From assembly GCA_032128875.1 (NCBI GenBank), contig JAVLKG010000009.1:192001-256000 (forward strand): 64,000 bases of DNA. The letters run 5' to 3'. Below the pieces are notes generated by a model that made no database searches, was not told where the DNA came from, and saw only the letters and a list, made by a program, of their open reading frames with translations. Source of the stretch: Candidatus Melainabacteria bacterium 17Bon1m. GTDB lineage: Bacteria > Cyanobacteriota > Vampirovibrionia > Obscuribacterales > Obscuribacteraceae. Positions 1-10,466 of the stretch are shown here, in pieces. Numbering within the stretch: position 1 is the first letter of the stretch; each line of letters begins with the position of its first letter. Made by a program: the position numbers and the translations under genes.

Positions 1-1
1 T

Positions 2-934
2 GGCAATTGCATTCGCAGTGGCAAGACGGAATACATAGGCGACGGCGCCCGTGAGCCTTTCGGCTTGCCTAGAGCAATGGGCGGCGCGCCCTTTATGTCG
101 GTTGTCGCGCTCCCAATGCTATATGACGGTCAACCTTTGGGCGTGCTCGAGGTTTTCTCGACCGATTCCAGAGCGTTTCACCGTGAGCAAATCGACTTGC
201 TGGAGTCACTAACCAGTCAGGTCGCCACCGCGATGCACGTCGCCTTGACACACGAGTCAACAGCGTCTCAATCGATTTTGGATGCACACACAGGGCTCTA
301 CAATCGCCGCCATTTTGAAGAATCACTCGCCAAGGAAACAGAGCGAGCAGGCAGGCACAAACACGAGTTTGGCTTGCTCCTGATTGACCTCGACCATTTT
401 GCTCAGGTGAACGATCACCTCGGACAAGATAGGGGTGATGAGGCGATTAAACACGTCGCTAAAGTAATCAAAAACGCGCTGCGCGACATTGATATCGCTT
501 GCCGTTTTGGCGGAGAAGAGTTCGCCATAATCCTGCCTGAAACACCAAGAAGCAGTGCAGCTGAGGTTGCCGAACGTTTGCGCCAGACAATTCGAAACGC
601 TACTGCACCAGGCGTCGGCACGATTACTGTTTCAATCGGCGTATCTACTTATCCAGGCAATTCGGAGAATGCTGCCGAGCTCACTAAGTGCGCAGAGCAG
701 GCTCTGGACATCGCCAAGTTTGAAGGTCGCGATCGTGTCAAGGAAGCAGAGACCGGCAAATACCAAGCTAGCGGACCGATTCCGTGGGAAGAGATTGCCA
801 CCCAAGCGAAGATGTCGGTCGTCAACGAGAGACAATCCCGCTTGCAGAGCCGCTTAACGGTTGCTCCCGAATACGCCTCGTGGATGACCAAACAGCCGCA
901 GCTCGTTAAGAAGAAAGGCCAGGGCGAGCAGTAA
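2..934 (+). CDS. GAF + GGDEF diguanylate cyclase (5' end lies outside the window)
   Basis: Frame is open from position 2. GAF tail (VVALPMLYDGQPLGVLEV), DAHTGLYNRR, DLDHF, RxxD I-site (RDID) and GGEEF active site. Confidence 0.9.
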   Translation, partial: GNCIRSGKTEYIGDGAREPFGLPRAMGGAPFMSVVALPMLYDGQPLGVLEVFSTDSRAFHREQIDLLESLTSQVATAMHVALTHESTASQSILDAHTGLYNRRHFEESLAKETERAGRHKHEFGLLLIDLDHFAQVNDHLGQDRGDEAIKHVAKVIKNALRDIDIACRFGGEEFAIILPETPRSSAAEVAERLRQTIRNATAPGVGTITVSIGVSTYPGNSENAAELTKCAEQALDIAKFEGRDRVKEAETGKYQASGPIPWEEIATQAKMSVVNERQSRLQSRLTVAPEYASWMTKQPQLVKKKGQGEQ

Positions 935-950
935 GGCTACGTCGATCTAA

Positions 951-1003
951 GTAGGGGCGGCATATATGCCGCCCAGGCAGGGAGCCGCATGCGGCTCCCC
1001 TAC
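951..1003. repeat. REPIN-like 53-bp doublet of GTAG-footed REP hairpins
   Basis: GTAG-GGGCGGCATATATGCCGCCC-aggca-GGGAGCCGCATGCGGCTCCC-CTAC; same layout as 55300-55352 and 55381-55433. Confidence 0.85.
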
Positions 1004-1367
1004 AAGTTTGAACACGCACCCTTACAAGTTTGAACACGGCTCCACTTTGAATGTGGCTGTTCGGCTCAGTTCTTGACGCCCATAGAAACATCTGGGACGT
1101 GATGTTCTTTTTTGTAATAAGAAATAGCATTGGACATTTGTCTCGCAGCGGTCAGCCGGTGCGACTGTAAGTCTGAAATAGCGCCGAAAACCCTTCCAGA
1201 GTAAAGATTAAGAAAAGAGCAAAACCGGGAACCCGGCTTGATCCCATAGTTAAACTTCCAAGTAACAAGGGTGTATGCACTTCTCCCCAGAAGGGCGTGA
1301 CAACCCCTTTGAGCACACTAAGTGAGTGTTTACTCGCGATAAGAATCGAAAATTGGAGGATATACCA

Positions 1368-1679
1368 TTGGGCACTGCATCTCAGTTGAAAGTTCAATTG
1401 AAACCGCTGGCAGACCGCGTTGTGGTCAAGAAGCTTGAAGCTGAAGAAAAGACAGCGGGTGGAATAGTCCTGCCTGACACAGCTAAAGAAAAGCCCCAGC
1501 AAGGCGAAATCCTGGCTGTAGGCGCCGGTTCGCTCGACGAAAAGGGCGGTCGTAAACCGATGGAAGTCAAAGTCGGCGACAAAGTTCTTTTCGCTAAGTA
1601 CTCTGGCACCGAAGTCAAAATCGACGGCGTCGAATACTTGATTCTTGCTGAGCGCGACATCCTCGCAGTAATCGGCTAA
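1368..1679 (+). CDS. groES: co-chaperonin GroES
   Basis: [46 protein letters not shown]. Start placed at TTG 1368 after a GGAGG RBS. Confidence 0.97.
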   Translation: MGTASQLKVQLKPLADRVVVKKLEAEEKTAGGIVLPDTAKEKPQQGEILAVGAGSLDEKGGRKPMEVKVGDKVLFAKYSGTEVKIDGVEYLILAERDILAVIG

Positions 1680-1705
1680 TCACCGACTCGCAATCTTTAG
1701 TTTAG

Positions 1706-3391
<1,686 letters not shown>

Positions 3392-3415
3392 ATCTAATCG
3401 AAATTAGAAGAGGGG

Positions 3416-3452
3416 AAACGGAGATCTTCGGATCTCCGTTTTTCTTTGTTTT
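3416..3452 (+). terminator. intrinsic terminator of groESL
   Basis: AAACGGAGATC-TTCG-GATCTCCGTTT hairpin followed by a T-rich run, just after the groEL stop. Confidence 0.9.
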
Positions 3453-3455
3453 AGC

Positions 3456-3543
3456 GTGGGGGCGCGCTGCACGCGCCCGTTTTTATAGTTGCGGCATTGT
3501 ATGCGCCTTTCCAAAAATTTGGTCGCATGCAATGCGACCCCTC
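3456..3543. repeat. REP pair (GTGG class)
   Basis: GTGG-GGGCGCG-CTGCA-CGCGCCC at 3456-3478 and an inverted GGTCGCA-TGCAA-TGCGACC copy at 3521-3539. Confidence 0.75.
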
Positions 3544-3556
3544 AGAAGCCACATGC

Positions 3557-3588
3557 AAAAAAAAGGAGCGGTACGCAGCTCCTTTTTT
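3557..3588. terminator. bidirectional terminator-like hairpin
   Basis: A8-GGAGC-GGTACGCA-GCTCC-T6, between convergent groEL and the 3713 ORF. Confidence 0.7.
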
Positions 3589-3712
3589 AATGCCATTACG
3601 GTGTGGCGAATACTTTTCGATTTTGGTCGCACGCAATACGACCTTACTTTCTCATTACCAGGCGGTGCATGGCGTCGCCCCTGCGCTTCGACTTAGCGAA
3701 CTTTGCGCTCAG

Positions 3713-3976
3713 CTATTCTGCGAATTTTGCGCTTAGCGCTTCCAAGCGGTGATGCGTGATGTCTTTGCGCGACCGCGGTGCAAACACCGGAATCTCTTCG
3801 CGCACGTTGTCCATTACGCTCTTGTGCTCCTCACCGACAGGGGGGAGGCTAAGATGTTTGATTGCTTTCAGTCTCGTAGAAGAATGCTTAGCTGCTTCAA
3901 GGCGTTCATTTTCGCGCTCAAATTGGCCCACGAACATGTTTTTCACACCGGTAAGCCAAACCCTCAAGACTTCCAT
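3713..3976 (-). CDS. small hypothetical protein (~87 aa)
   Basis: Best ORF in the gap; start set at ATG 3976 after AGG; no family recognised. Confidence 0.5.
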   Translation of the reverse strand: MEVLRVWLTGVKNMFVGQFERENERLEAAKHSSTRLKAIKHLSLPPVGEEHKSVMDNVREEIPVFAPRSRKDITHHRLEALSAKFAE

Positions 3977-4122
3977 CTTTAACCTGCGCCCCCTCTGATG
4001 AAACCGTATTACCATCCTCATGGAGACTTATGAAAGTTGTGTGAAAACGAGCCAGGCGTTATCCACCAGCGAACGCCACGGATTGGGCATATGATAGAAG
4101 CGCAAGACAGAGGTTCCGATTA

Positions 4123-6921
4123 ATGTCGGATTTTCGCAAAGTTTGCCCTCAATGCCAGAAAGTTTTCCAAGGTCAAAACGGTCTGGAGATTTTGACCGAG
4201 TGTCCGGAAGACGGCGCCGTTCTTGATTTTGAAGTCATCGATCCATTAATTGGAACCTTGCTCGCTGACCGCTATCAGGTGAATGCTTTGATTGGGCGAG
4301 GTGCGACAAGCACGGTATATGAGGCCATTGATATTGAGGAACGCATGCGCGAGGCGGGTAAAGCTGTCGCCGCGACAGCGGAGGTGCAAGCGTCCGGCGT
4401 TGAATCGACAATTGTGGCCGACCAAACTTCCACCGCCAGCAATTCGTCTGTGGCGATAAAACTCCTTCACCCTCATTTGTCCGGGGATGCGGCTGTGGTT
4501 AAGCGGCTTAGCCAGGAGGCAAAATCGCTTCGAGACTTCAACCATAAGAATGTTTTGAACGTGCAGAGCCTCGGCGTGACCCGACAAGGGCAGCCATTTC
4601 TTGTTATGGAACTCGTCAATGGGCAAAGTCTGCTCGACTTCTTGCGTCAAAATGGTGCCCTCAATAAATTTGCCTGTATGTCTATTTTCGATCAGATGCT
4701 CGATGCAATCGGCGCTGCGCATGCCCATGGTATTTTGCACAGAGACCTGAAGCCCGGCAACATCATGCTTTCATCAAAGGATGATGGTGGTTTTCTCGTC
4801 AAGATTTTGGATTTCGGAATTGCAAAAATTGTCCCACTGCAGGGGGATACTTTCTTTCGTCTGACGCAAACCGGCGAGATGATGGGAAGCCTTCTATATA
4901 TGAGTCCAGAGCAGTGCCTCGAGCAAGATTGGGATCAGCGCGGAGATATATACTCGCTCGGCTGCGTTTTCTACGAGGCGCTGACAGCGCGCGCGCCGCT
5001 AATTGGTCGCACCGCATTTGAGACCATGAACAAACACTTGAGTGAAACGCCTCCGCCACTGTCTGTGGTTCGTCCTGATATTCAGTTTGCAGTTGGAATG
5101 GAATATCTCATCAGCAAGATGCTGGCGAAAGACCCGAAGGAGCGCTATCAAACTGCTGAAGAAGTACGTGCCGACCTTAAGCGGATCGAGCAGGATAATG
5201 GTGCCAAACTTGGTCAGTCGGGCGTGGATGCCAGGACTTGCGGTTACTACCAGCTGGCTATGGCAGACAAAGAAAAACGTGAGAAAGAAAAGGTCGAGAA
5301 AATAATCGGCACCGCAGACCAATATGTGCGAAGCGATATTCTCGCTGCTAAATTGCGGGAATTCTCGCGGCAGCGGTTTTTCGAGATTGCGATCTTCCTT
5401 ATCCTGACTGTAATTTGGGCCGTACCTCTGATGTTTGCATTTGCGTCCACACCAAATGCTCTTATTGCCGCGTGCCTCTTCGGTGTTCTGCTTCCTTTTC
5501 TTGCCGCTGTGACTGCGATGGTTGTTGTGCGTTTTCCAAAGGTGCGTATGTTTAATAGGACCGCGAACTCTCTTGGAATTTCTCCTCTTAATTTCTTCAA
5601 CGCATCGAAAGCAGAAAATAGCCCGCAACTCGTCGTTGATGATGGCGCCTTACTCTTGGGGACAGAGGACAACATGCTGTCGTGGACTGTGGGCACCGGT
5701 GTACCCACAGAGATAGAACCATTTCAGCGCGTGCAAGCGTTGCCATTGCTTGTGATGGGCAAGTCAGAAACAGGCAAAACCCGCTTGCTTGCCTCGCTTG
5801 CCAGCAATGATTTAGATGATGCCAGACGAGGGCAAATAATTCTCAGTCCGGACGGCAAGCTTTCTAACCTTATTGCGCGCTGGATTGCAGCGCATCCTCA
5901 AGGTAGCGTGATGGCGCGCAGAGTGATGTTGCTTGATCTGGACTATGAGATTTCGACAGTTGGACTTGCCGATGCTGATGCATTGCAAGTTGTTGAAGAG
6001 CTTTCTGAACGCATCGTTGAAGCGATTCAAGATGCTGAGGGGGGCGGGCAGAAGGGTGCTCTGACCAATGAGCAGTTGGATGTTCTGCGCGCATCGATCT
6101 CACTTCTTTTGGCTGCGAATGAGGACCTCACTAATTTGTCCACATTCTTGACACAAGACTCGAAGAGGCGAGGTGTTTATGCGAAACTGCCACAATGGCT
6201 GGTTTCGGACACTGGTAAAGACCCGCTTGTAGCGCAGCGAAAACTATTGGAGGGGCACGTTGCCAGTGATTGGGAAGGGTTGACTCAGCCTTTGTTGGAT
6301 ATCTGCAATCGCTTTCCTCTCGAAGGAGACATTGCCACATTGAGGCTTTTCTTGCAAAAAGCATCACTTATAAGCGAGGCGATAACGAAGCGTCGCGCGA
6401 TGATCGTCAAAGGCTCCAAGCATGCTTCTCCACTTTTCTTCAGGCTTGCATTTAGCGAAATCTTGAAGGAGCGGCGTCCTTCTGCACGCTTGTCTGATGC
6501 GGAAGGCTGCCCAGTTGTCTATATTGATGATATCCATGGCTGCGGAATAGCAGGACAAATTGATCGGATATTGGGGACGCCTGCGGAGACAGGAATAGAA
6601 TTCCTGATATCGACTAAAACTCTTGCAAATTTTTCTGATGATGATGCAACTAGAATTCTTACCGAGGTCGGCGGACTTGCAGTGTTTGCTGTCAGCGATG
6701 CGGATGCGATGATGATAAAGCCACTTTACGATTCCTATTTCGAAACGAAGTCAATTACATCTCTTTCGGGGCTTTCTCCTATGACTTATTACTACTTGCC
6801 TAAAACCCCGGGAGCCAAGCCCAAACGGCTAATTGCGCCTTTCTTCGCGGAGACTCGTATAACAGAGGTAGAATGGTCGATTGTTGAGTCGATGCGGGCC
6901 GGTTGGATTTTCAACTTGTGA
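4123..6921 (+). CDS. Hanks-type Ser/Thr kinase with N-terminal Zn ribbon, two TM helices and a C-terminal T4CP/HerA-like P-loop domain
   Basis: CPQC..CPED, GRGATSTV, VAIK, HRDLKPGN, DFG, YMSPE; hydrophobic hairpin; GKSETGKT Walker A and VVYIDD Walker-B-like motif. Confidence 0.9.
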   Translation: MSDFRKVCPQCQKVFQGQNGLEILTECPEDGAVLDFEVIDPLIGTLLADRYQVNALIGRGATSTVYEAIDIEERMREAGKAVAATAEVQASGVESTIVADQTSTASNSSVAIKLLHPHLSGDAAVVKRLSQEAKSLRDFNHKNVLNVQSLGVTRQGQPFLVMELVNGQSLLDFLRQNGALNKFACMSIFDQMLDAIGAAHAHGILHRDLKPGNIMLSSKDDGGFLVKILDFGIAKIVPLQGDTFFRLTQTGEMMGSLLYMSPEQCLEQDWDQRGDIYSLGCVFYEALTARAPLIGRTAFETMNKHLSETPPPLSVVRPDIQFAVGMEYLISKMLAKDPKERYQTAEEVRADLKRIEQDNGAKLGQSGVDARTCGYYQLAMADKEKREKEKVEKIIGTADQYVRSDILAAKLREFSRQRFFEIAIFLILTVIWAVPLMFAFASTPNALIAACLFGVLLPFLAAVTAMVVVRFPKVRMFNRTANSLGISPLNFFNASKAENSPQLVVDDGALLLGTEDNMLSWTVGTGVPTEIEPFQRVQALPLLVMGKSETGKTRLLASLASNDLDDARRGQIILSPDGKLSNLIARWIAAHPQGSVMARRVMLLDLDYEISTVGLADADALQVVEELSERIVEAIQDAEGGGQKGALTNEQLDVLRASISLLLAANEDLTNLSTFLTQDSKRRGVYAKLPQWLVSDTGKDPLVAQRKLLEGHVASDWEGLTQPLLDICNRFPLEGDIATLRLFLQKASLISEAITKRRAMIVKGSKHASPLFFRLAFSEILKERRPSARLSDAEGCPVVYIDDIHGCGIAGQIDRILGTPAETGIEFLISTKTLANFSDDDATRILTEVGGLAVFAVSDADAMMIKPLYDSYFETKSITSLSGLSPMTYYYLPKTPGAKPKRLIAPFFAETRITEVEWSIVESMRAGWIFNL

Positions 6922-7733
6922 TTACATTGAAACTGAAAGGACATGCGAAGTGTAGGGACGATGCCATGCGTCGCCCGGGTTTGCTATGGATGGAATGCAC
7001 TAAGCTTTTGAATAAGTATTTTTTCGACAGTTCAATATTCTTGAGCGCGATCCTTTTGTGCTCGACTCTCATTCTTGTTTTAAATAATGCCGCACATGCT
7101 CAAAGCGCAAATCAGGCTCAGAGACAGGCAGCGCGAGAGGCTCGACAGCTTGCGGATTCAGAGTTGTATGAGCAAATGGAACGCGTCTCGCGTTGGATGG
7201 ATCAATATGCGACTTGGAATCAGAAGTTTCCCGATCCTGGTGATGAAACAAATTGGGCGCGTCAGCAAATGAATGCGCTTGTTCCGAACAATCCATATTC
7301 CGGTGACAAATTACAACTGATGGCTGGGCTCGATGCGGAGCCGCAATATGCCGACCCATCTAACTCTCCGGATTCCTACGGTGTGAGTCCCGGAATGAGC
7401 AGTGCCGCATTGCAGGAGTCGACATCCGCGAATCAGGTCAATGAAAATGAAGATGACGGGCAAGTCGATACTGATACCAGCGCTGATTTAAATCGCGTTT
7501 GGCTCACGTATGATCCATCGCTGAATGAGAATATGGCCCAGGAATATCTCACCCAACCTCCGCAAGATTGGAGCGGAAATCCGGGCTCTATAAATGTCGT
7601 GAGCAACAATCAAAACCTGATCGTGATCTGGGGCGCAGGCGCAAACGGTCGTCCAATCAGGTTTCCTGGCTCGACAAAAACGCGCCTAATCATTGGGCGA
7701 TACAAACTTCTGTACGGACAATCTTCTTATTAG
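6903..7733 (+). CDS. exported hypothetical protein, weakly pilin/pseudopilin-like (true start probably ~6967-6990)
   Basis: Hydrophobic stretch ending AHA|Q, long helix to KFP, PNNPY, GSI..IWGAG motifs. Confidence 0.65.
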   Translation: MDFQLVITLKLKGHAKCRDDAMRRPGLLWMECTKLLNKYFFDSSIFLSAILLCSTLILVLNNAAHAQSANQAQRQAAREARQLADSELYEQMERVSRWMDQYATWNQKFPDPGDETNWARQQMNALVPNNPYSGDKLQLMAGLDAEPQYADPSNSPDSYGVSPGMSSAALQESTSANQVNENEDDGQVDTDTSADLNRVWLTYDPSLNENMAQEYLTQPPQDWSGNPGSINVVSNNQNLIVIWGAGANGRPIRFPGSTKTRLIIGRYKLLYGQSSY

Positions 7734-9060
7734 CGTTGGCAAGTTGAGAAATTTCGTAATTTACAAATTTTGTGTTGCGATTGCATTGAGTGTTTTTGCT
7801 ATTGGGATTTTCGAATCTGATACTTCAATAGTGCGTGCAGCGGAAATCACTTCTTCGGAAAATTCAAAAGGTGGAGAACAACAAAAAACTAGAGAACAAC
7901 TAAAACCTGAGGAGCAGCCGAAACCGGCTGATGTAGAGGTTCGCAGCATTAATGAAGCACTGCGCAGCCCTGAGCACTGGCGCGGAGCAGACGGCGCTAT
8001 GTCGCTGGAACTTTCTAAAACGAAGACGTTGTGGTTATTTGGTGATACCTGGATTTATTGTGATATGGGAAAGGGTGGTCAACCAAAGCAGATGGTTAAC
8101 AATTCGGTCGCTGTGCAGAATTCTGATTGCGAGGCAGAATCTGCGGCCGTGGGTTCGTTAGAAAGTATATGTATTGACTCGATGTGCTGGAGTTTTTGGT
8201 GTAAGGGTAATCTTTCTAGACCGGAGAGTATATTCACTGCAAGTGAACCAAACTCATACTACTGGCCAGGCTGCGGCACCGTATATGATGGCAAGCTCTA
8301 TTTACTGTTGAAGAAGATTCGTAGGAAAGAAGATCCTGATCCGCTCTTTCAATTTGATTGGTATGCAGACGATTTGGTGATTGTTTCGAACCCGCAAGAT
8401 CCGCCAAAATCCTGGCATTACAGCATTACTCCAGTTTCTGATGCAGATCACGATGTTCAATTTGGATTGGCCTGTACGAAAGACAAGGAGTATTTTTACT
8501 CACTTTGTTTCTTGCGTGAGTTTCCAAAAACAAAAAAGAAAACGATTCTCTCTAGAATTTCTTGGAGCGATGTTTTAGCAAATAAGACAAATAATTGGCA
8601 ATTCTGGTCGCATACAGACAAGAGCCTGGAAGGAGCTTGGGGAGACGATTTCCGTAAGGCGAAGAACATCATTCCCGACTGCGGACCTGAGGCGAGTTTG
8701 TTCTTTCACAAAGGGTTGAATTGCTTTGTCACTGTTTACCAACCGCCGCTTTCCCCTGAAGTGAAACTGCGAGTTGCAAAAAAGATTGAAGGACCTTGGA
8801 GCGAGTCGCTCAAAATTTTTACTGTCCCCGAGCGCGTATTGAAGAGCGGGAAGACAGCGCTTTCCTACGCGGGCAAAGCGCACGAGAGTTTGTCGAGCGG
8901 AAATACGATTGGATTCAGTTATTGCGAAAACCCGGGTGGGCTCGAAGAACACGCTGACAATCCTGAAGTTTACTTTCCTACCGTTCGGACTTACACGATT
9001 GCACCTGAGAAAGTTCGCGAAATGCTTGATGGGGCTGGGGTTTCGACTCCTAAACCGTAG
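7693..9060 (+). CDS. exported DUF4185/DUF5005-like beta-propeller protein (start uncertain)
   Basis: WRGADGAMS..TLWLFGDTW, YYWPG, RVAKKIEGPWS, YAGKAH motifs; signal-like N-terminus. Confidence 0.7.
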   Translation: MGDTNFCTDNLLISVGKLRNFVIYKFCVAIALSVFAIGIFESDTSIVRAAEITSSENSKGGEQQKTREQLKPEEQPKPADVEVRSINEALRSPEHWRGADGAMSLELSKTKTLWLFGDTWIYCDMGKGGQPKQMVNNSVAVQNSDCEAESAAVGSLESICIDSMCWSFWCKGNLSRPESIFTASEPNSYYWPGCGTVYDGKLYLLLKKIRRKEDPDPLFQFDWYADDLVIVSNPQDPPKSWHYSITPVSDADHDVQFGLACTKDKEYFYSLCFLREFPKTKKKTILSRISWSDVLANKTNNWQFWSHTDKSLEGAWGDDFRKAKNIIPDCGPEASLFFHKGLNCFVTVYQPPLSPEVKLRVAKKIEGPWSESLKIFTVPERVLKSGKTALSYAGKAHESLSSGNTIGFSYCENPGGLEEHADNPEVYFPTVRTYTIAPEKVREMLDGAGVSTPKP

Positions 9061-9083
9061 GCAATGTGCGAAAAATCTACAAG

Positions 9084-9093
9084 TGTTAGACTG
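9084..9093 (+). promoter_or_regulatory. extended -10 promoter candidate (TG-T-TAGACT)
   Basis: TGTTAGACTG ends 44 nt before ATG 9137; an identical 10-mer at 10412-10421 ends 46 nt before ATG 10467. Confidence 0.55.
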
Positions 9094-9136
9094 AACAGAC
9101 CGAGTTAGTAATTTTTGGCTTGATTCCGAGGTTTCG

Positions 9137-10030
9137 ATGAACAGAATTTTGCTCATTGCTTTGACGTCCCTGGTCTTTAGTGGCGGTACCTTGGCTGCTG
9201 TGGCGGCTGAAGATGTTTCAAAAGAGCCAGCCAAAGGCGCAGCAAAGGATGCAGCGAAAGATCCAGCTGTGAAACAAGACGCCAAGGGAGCAGTGAACGA
9301 CGCAGCGAAAGAGACGGCTAAAGAGACGACAAAAGAAACGGCTAAAGATGCAACTGCGAAGCCAGCGTCTGTGAATACAGACTCGAAGAACAGCATGCTC
9401 ATTGAAGAAGAGCCGCTGGCGAAGGTTGAACCGGACACTGCCGCAATCGAAAAGAAGATTCCATTGATTGAGGAATTGATTGCTCGTACTCCTAAAGACG
9501 ACAAGCTATATCAGGAGCTCGGCGAGTGCTATGCCAAGCTTGGAAAGGATGACAAAGCAGTCGAAAGCTACGACAAGGCGATTGAGCTGAATCCTAATTT
9601 TCAGGAGACGTACAGGCTGAGAGGGTTGTCGCTGGCGAAAACCAATCGCATCGCGGATGCCGTCGCCGACTACACACAAGCTATAAAGTTGGGACCTCCC
9701 ACTTATGAACTCTATGTTCGTCGTGCTGCTGGTAAAGGCTTGCTGGGCGACCACCAGGCGGCGATCGATGATGCGACTGAAGCGCTTAAATTGAAGCCGA
9801 ACAGCGTCGAGGGCTTGGTTGTTCTAGCCAATCACGAAGCCGCGATAGGCAAGCTGAAGGACGCTTTGGCGAACTTGAATAAAGTTCTTGAGTTGGACAT
9901 GAAGAAGGGTGATGCTTACTTGCTGCGTGGATTTGTGAATAAGTCTCTGGGCAATCTAAAGGCCAGCGAAGAAGACTTGAAGATGGCTGCGGAGCTGGGC
10001 GTTAAGGTTCCTGAGACCACTACCAAGTAG
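9137..10030 (+). CDS. exported TPR-repeat protein
   Basis: Signal peptide, AK-rich linker, TPR consensus (AVESYDKAIELNP, AVADYTQAIKLGP). Confidence 0.9.
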   Translation: MNRILLIALTSLVFSGGTLAAVAAEDVSKEPAKGAAKDAAKDPAVKQDAKGAVNDAAKETAKETTKETAKDATAKPASVNTDSKNSMLIEEEPLAKVEPDTAAIEKKIPLIEELIARTPKDDKLYQELGECYAKLGKDDKAVESYDKAIELNPNFQETYRLRGLSLAKTNRIADAVADYTQAIKLGPPTYELYVRRAAGKGLLGDHQAAIDDATEALKLKPNSVEGLVVLANHEAAIGKLKDALANLNKVLELDMKKGDAYLLRGFVNKSLGNLKASEEDLKMAAELGVKVPETTTK

Positions 10031-10046
10031 TGTTGCGGCTCTGAGG

Positions 10047-10150
10047 AGCGTGGGGGCGCGTTGCACGCGCCCGTTTTTGAATAGCGTGGGGGCGCGTTGC
10101 ACGCGCCCGTTTTTGAATAGCGTGGGGGCGCGTTGCACGCGCCCGCTTTT
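10047..10150 (+). repeat. tandem array of three GTGG-class REPs, 36-bp period
   Basis: AGCGTGGGGGCGCGTTGCACGCGCCCGTTTTTGAAT units starting at 10047, 10083 and 10119 (third diverges after the hairpin). Confidence 0.95.
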
Positions 10151-10204
10151 ATATAGGTGACGCATCGCTTTGGTCTTCCGAAGCTGGCCTTCCACGCGCT
10201 TTGC

Positions 10205-10228
10205 GGGCGGCATGAATGCCGCCCCTAC
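10205..10228 (-). repeat. GTAG-class REP
   Basis: Minus strand reads GTAG-GGGCGGCATTCATGCCGCCC. Confidence 0.85.
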
Positions 10229-10466
10229 GGTTCTTATGCAAGTAGAAACCTCTAAAACAGGCAAGTTAACGGTGTTATGTTCAACACCTGTTGAATTGAA
10301 CAGTGACGGGCGATGTCTGCCGGGCTTACATTGAGAGCTCCCCAACATTAAATCGGAACTTTACCCAGGAACACCAAAAACCGAAGCTGAGTCAGCAGAT
10401 TAAGTCAACGATGTTAGACTGTGGCAATGTTCTTGGTGGTGTAACCGATAAATTCTGGAGGTGTCG

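Noticed and set aside
10047-10150. 36-bp repeats as a CRISPR array
   Set aside because: No unique spacers, no cas genes, and the unit is the dispersed REP. The same applies to 61025-61133.
9956-10348. ORFs with GRVQRAPT repeats (also 60927-61127, 55164-55452 and similar)
   Set aside because: Translations of REP DNA; no RBS or coding signal.
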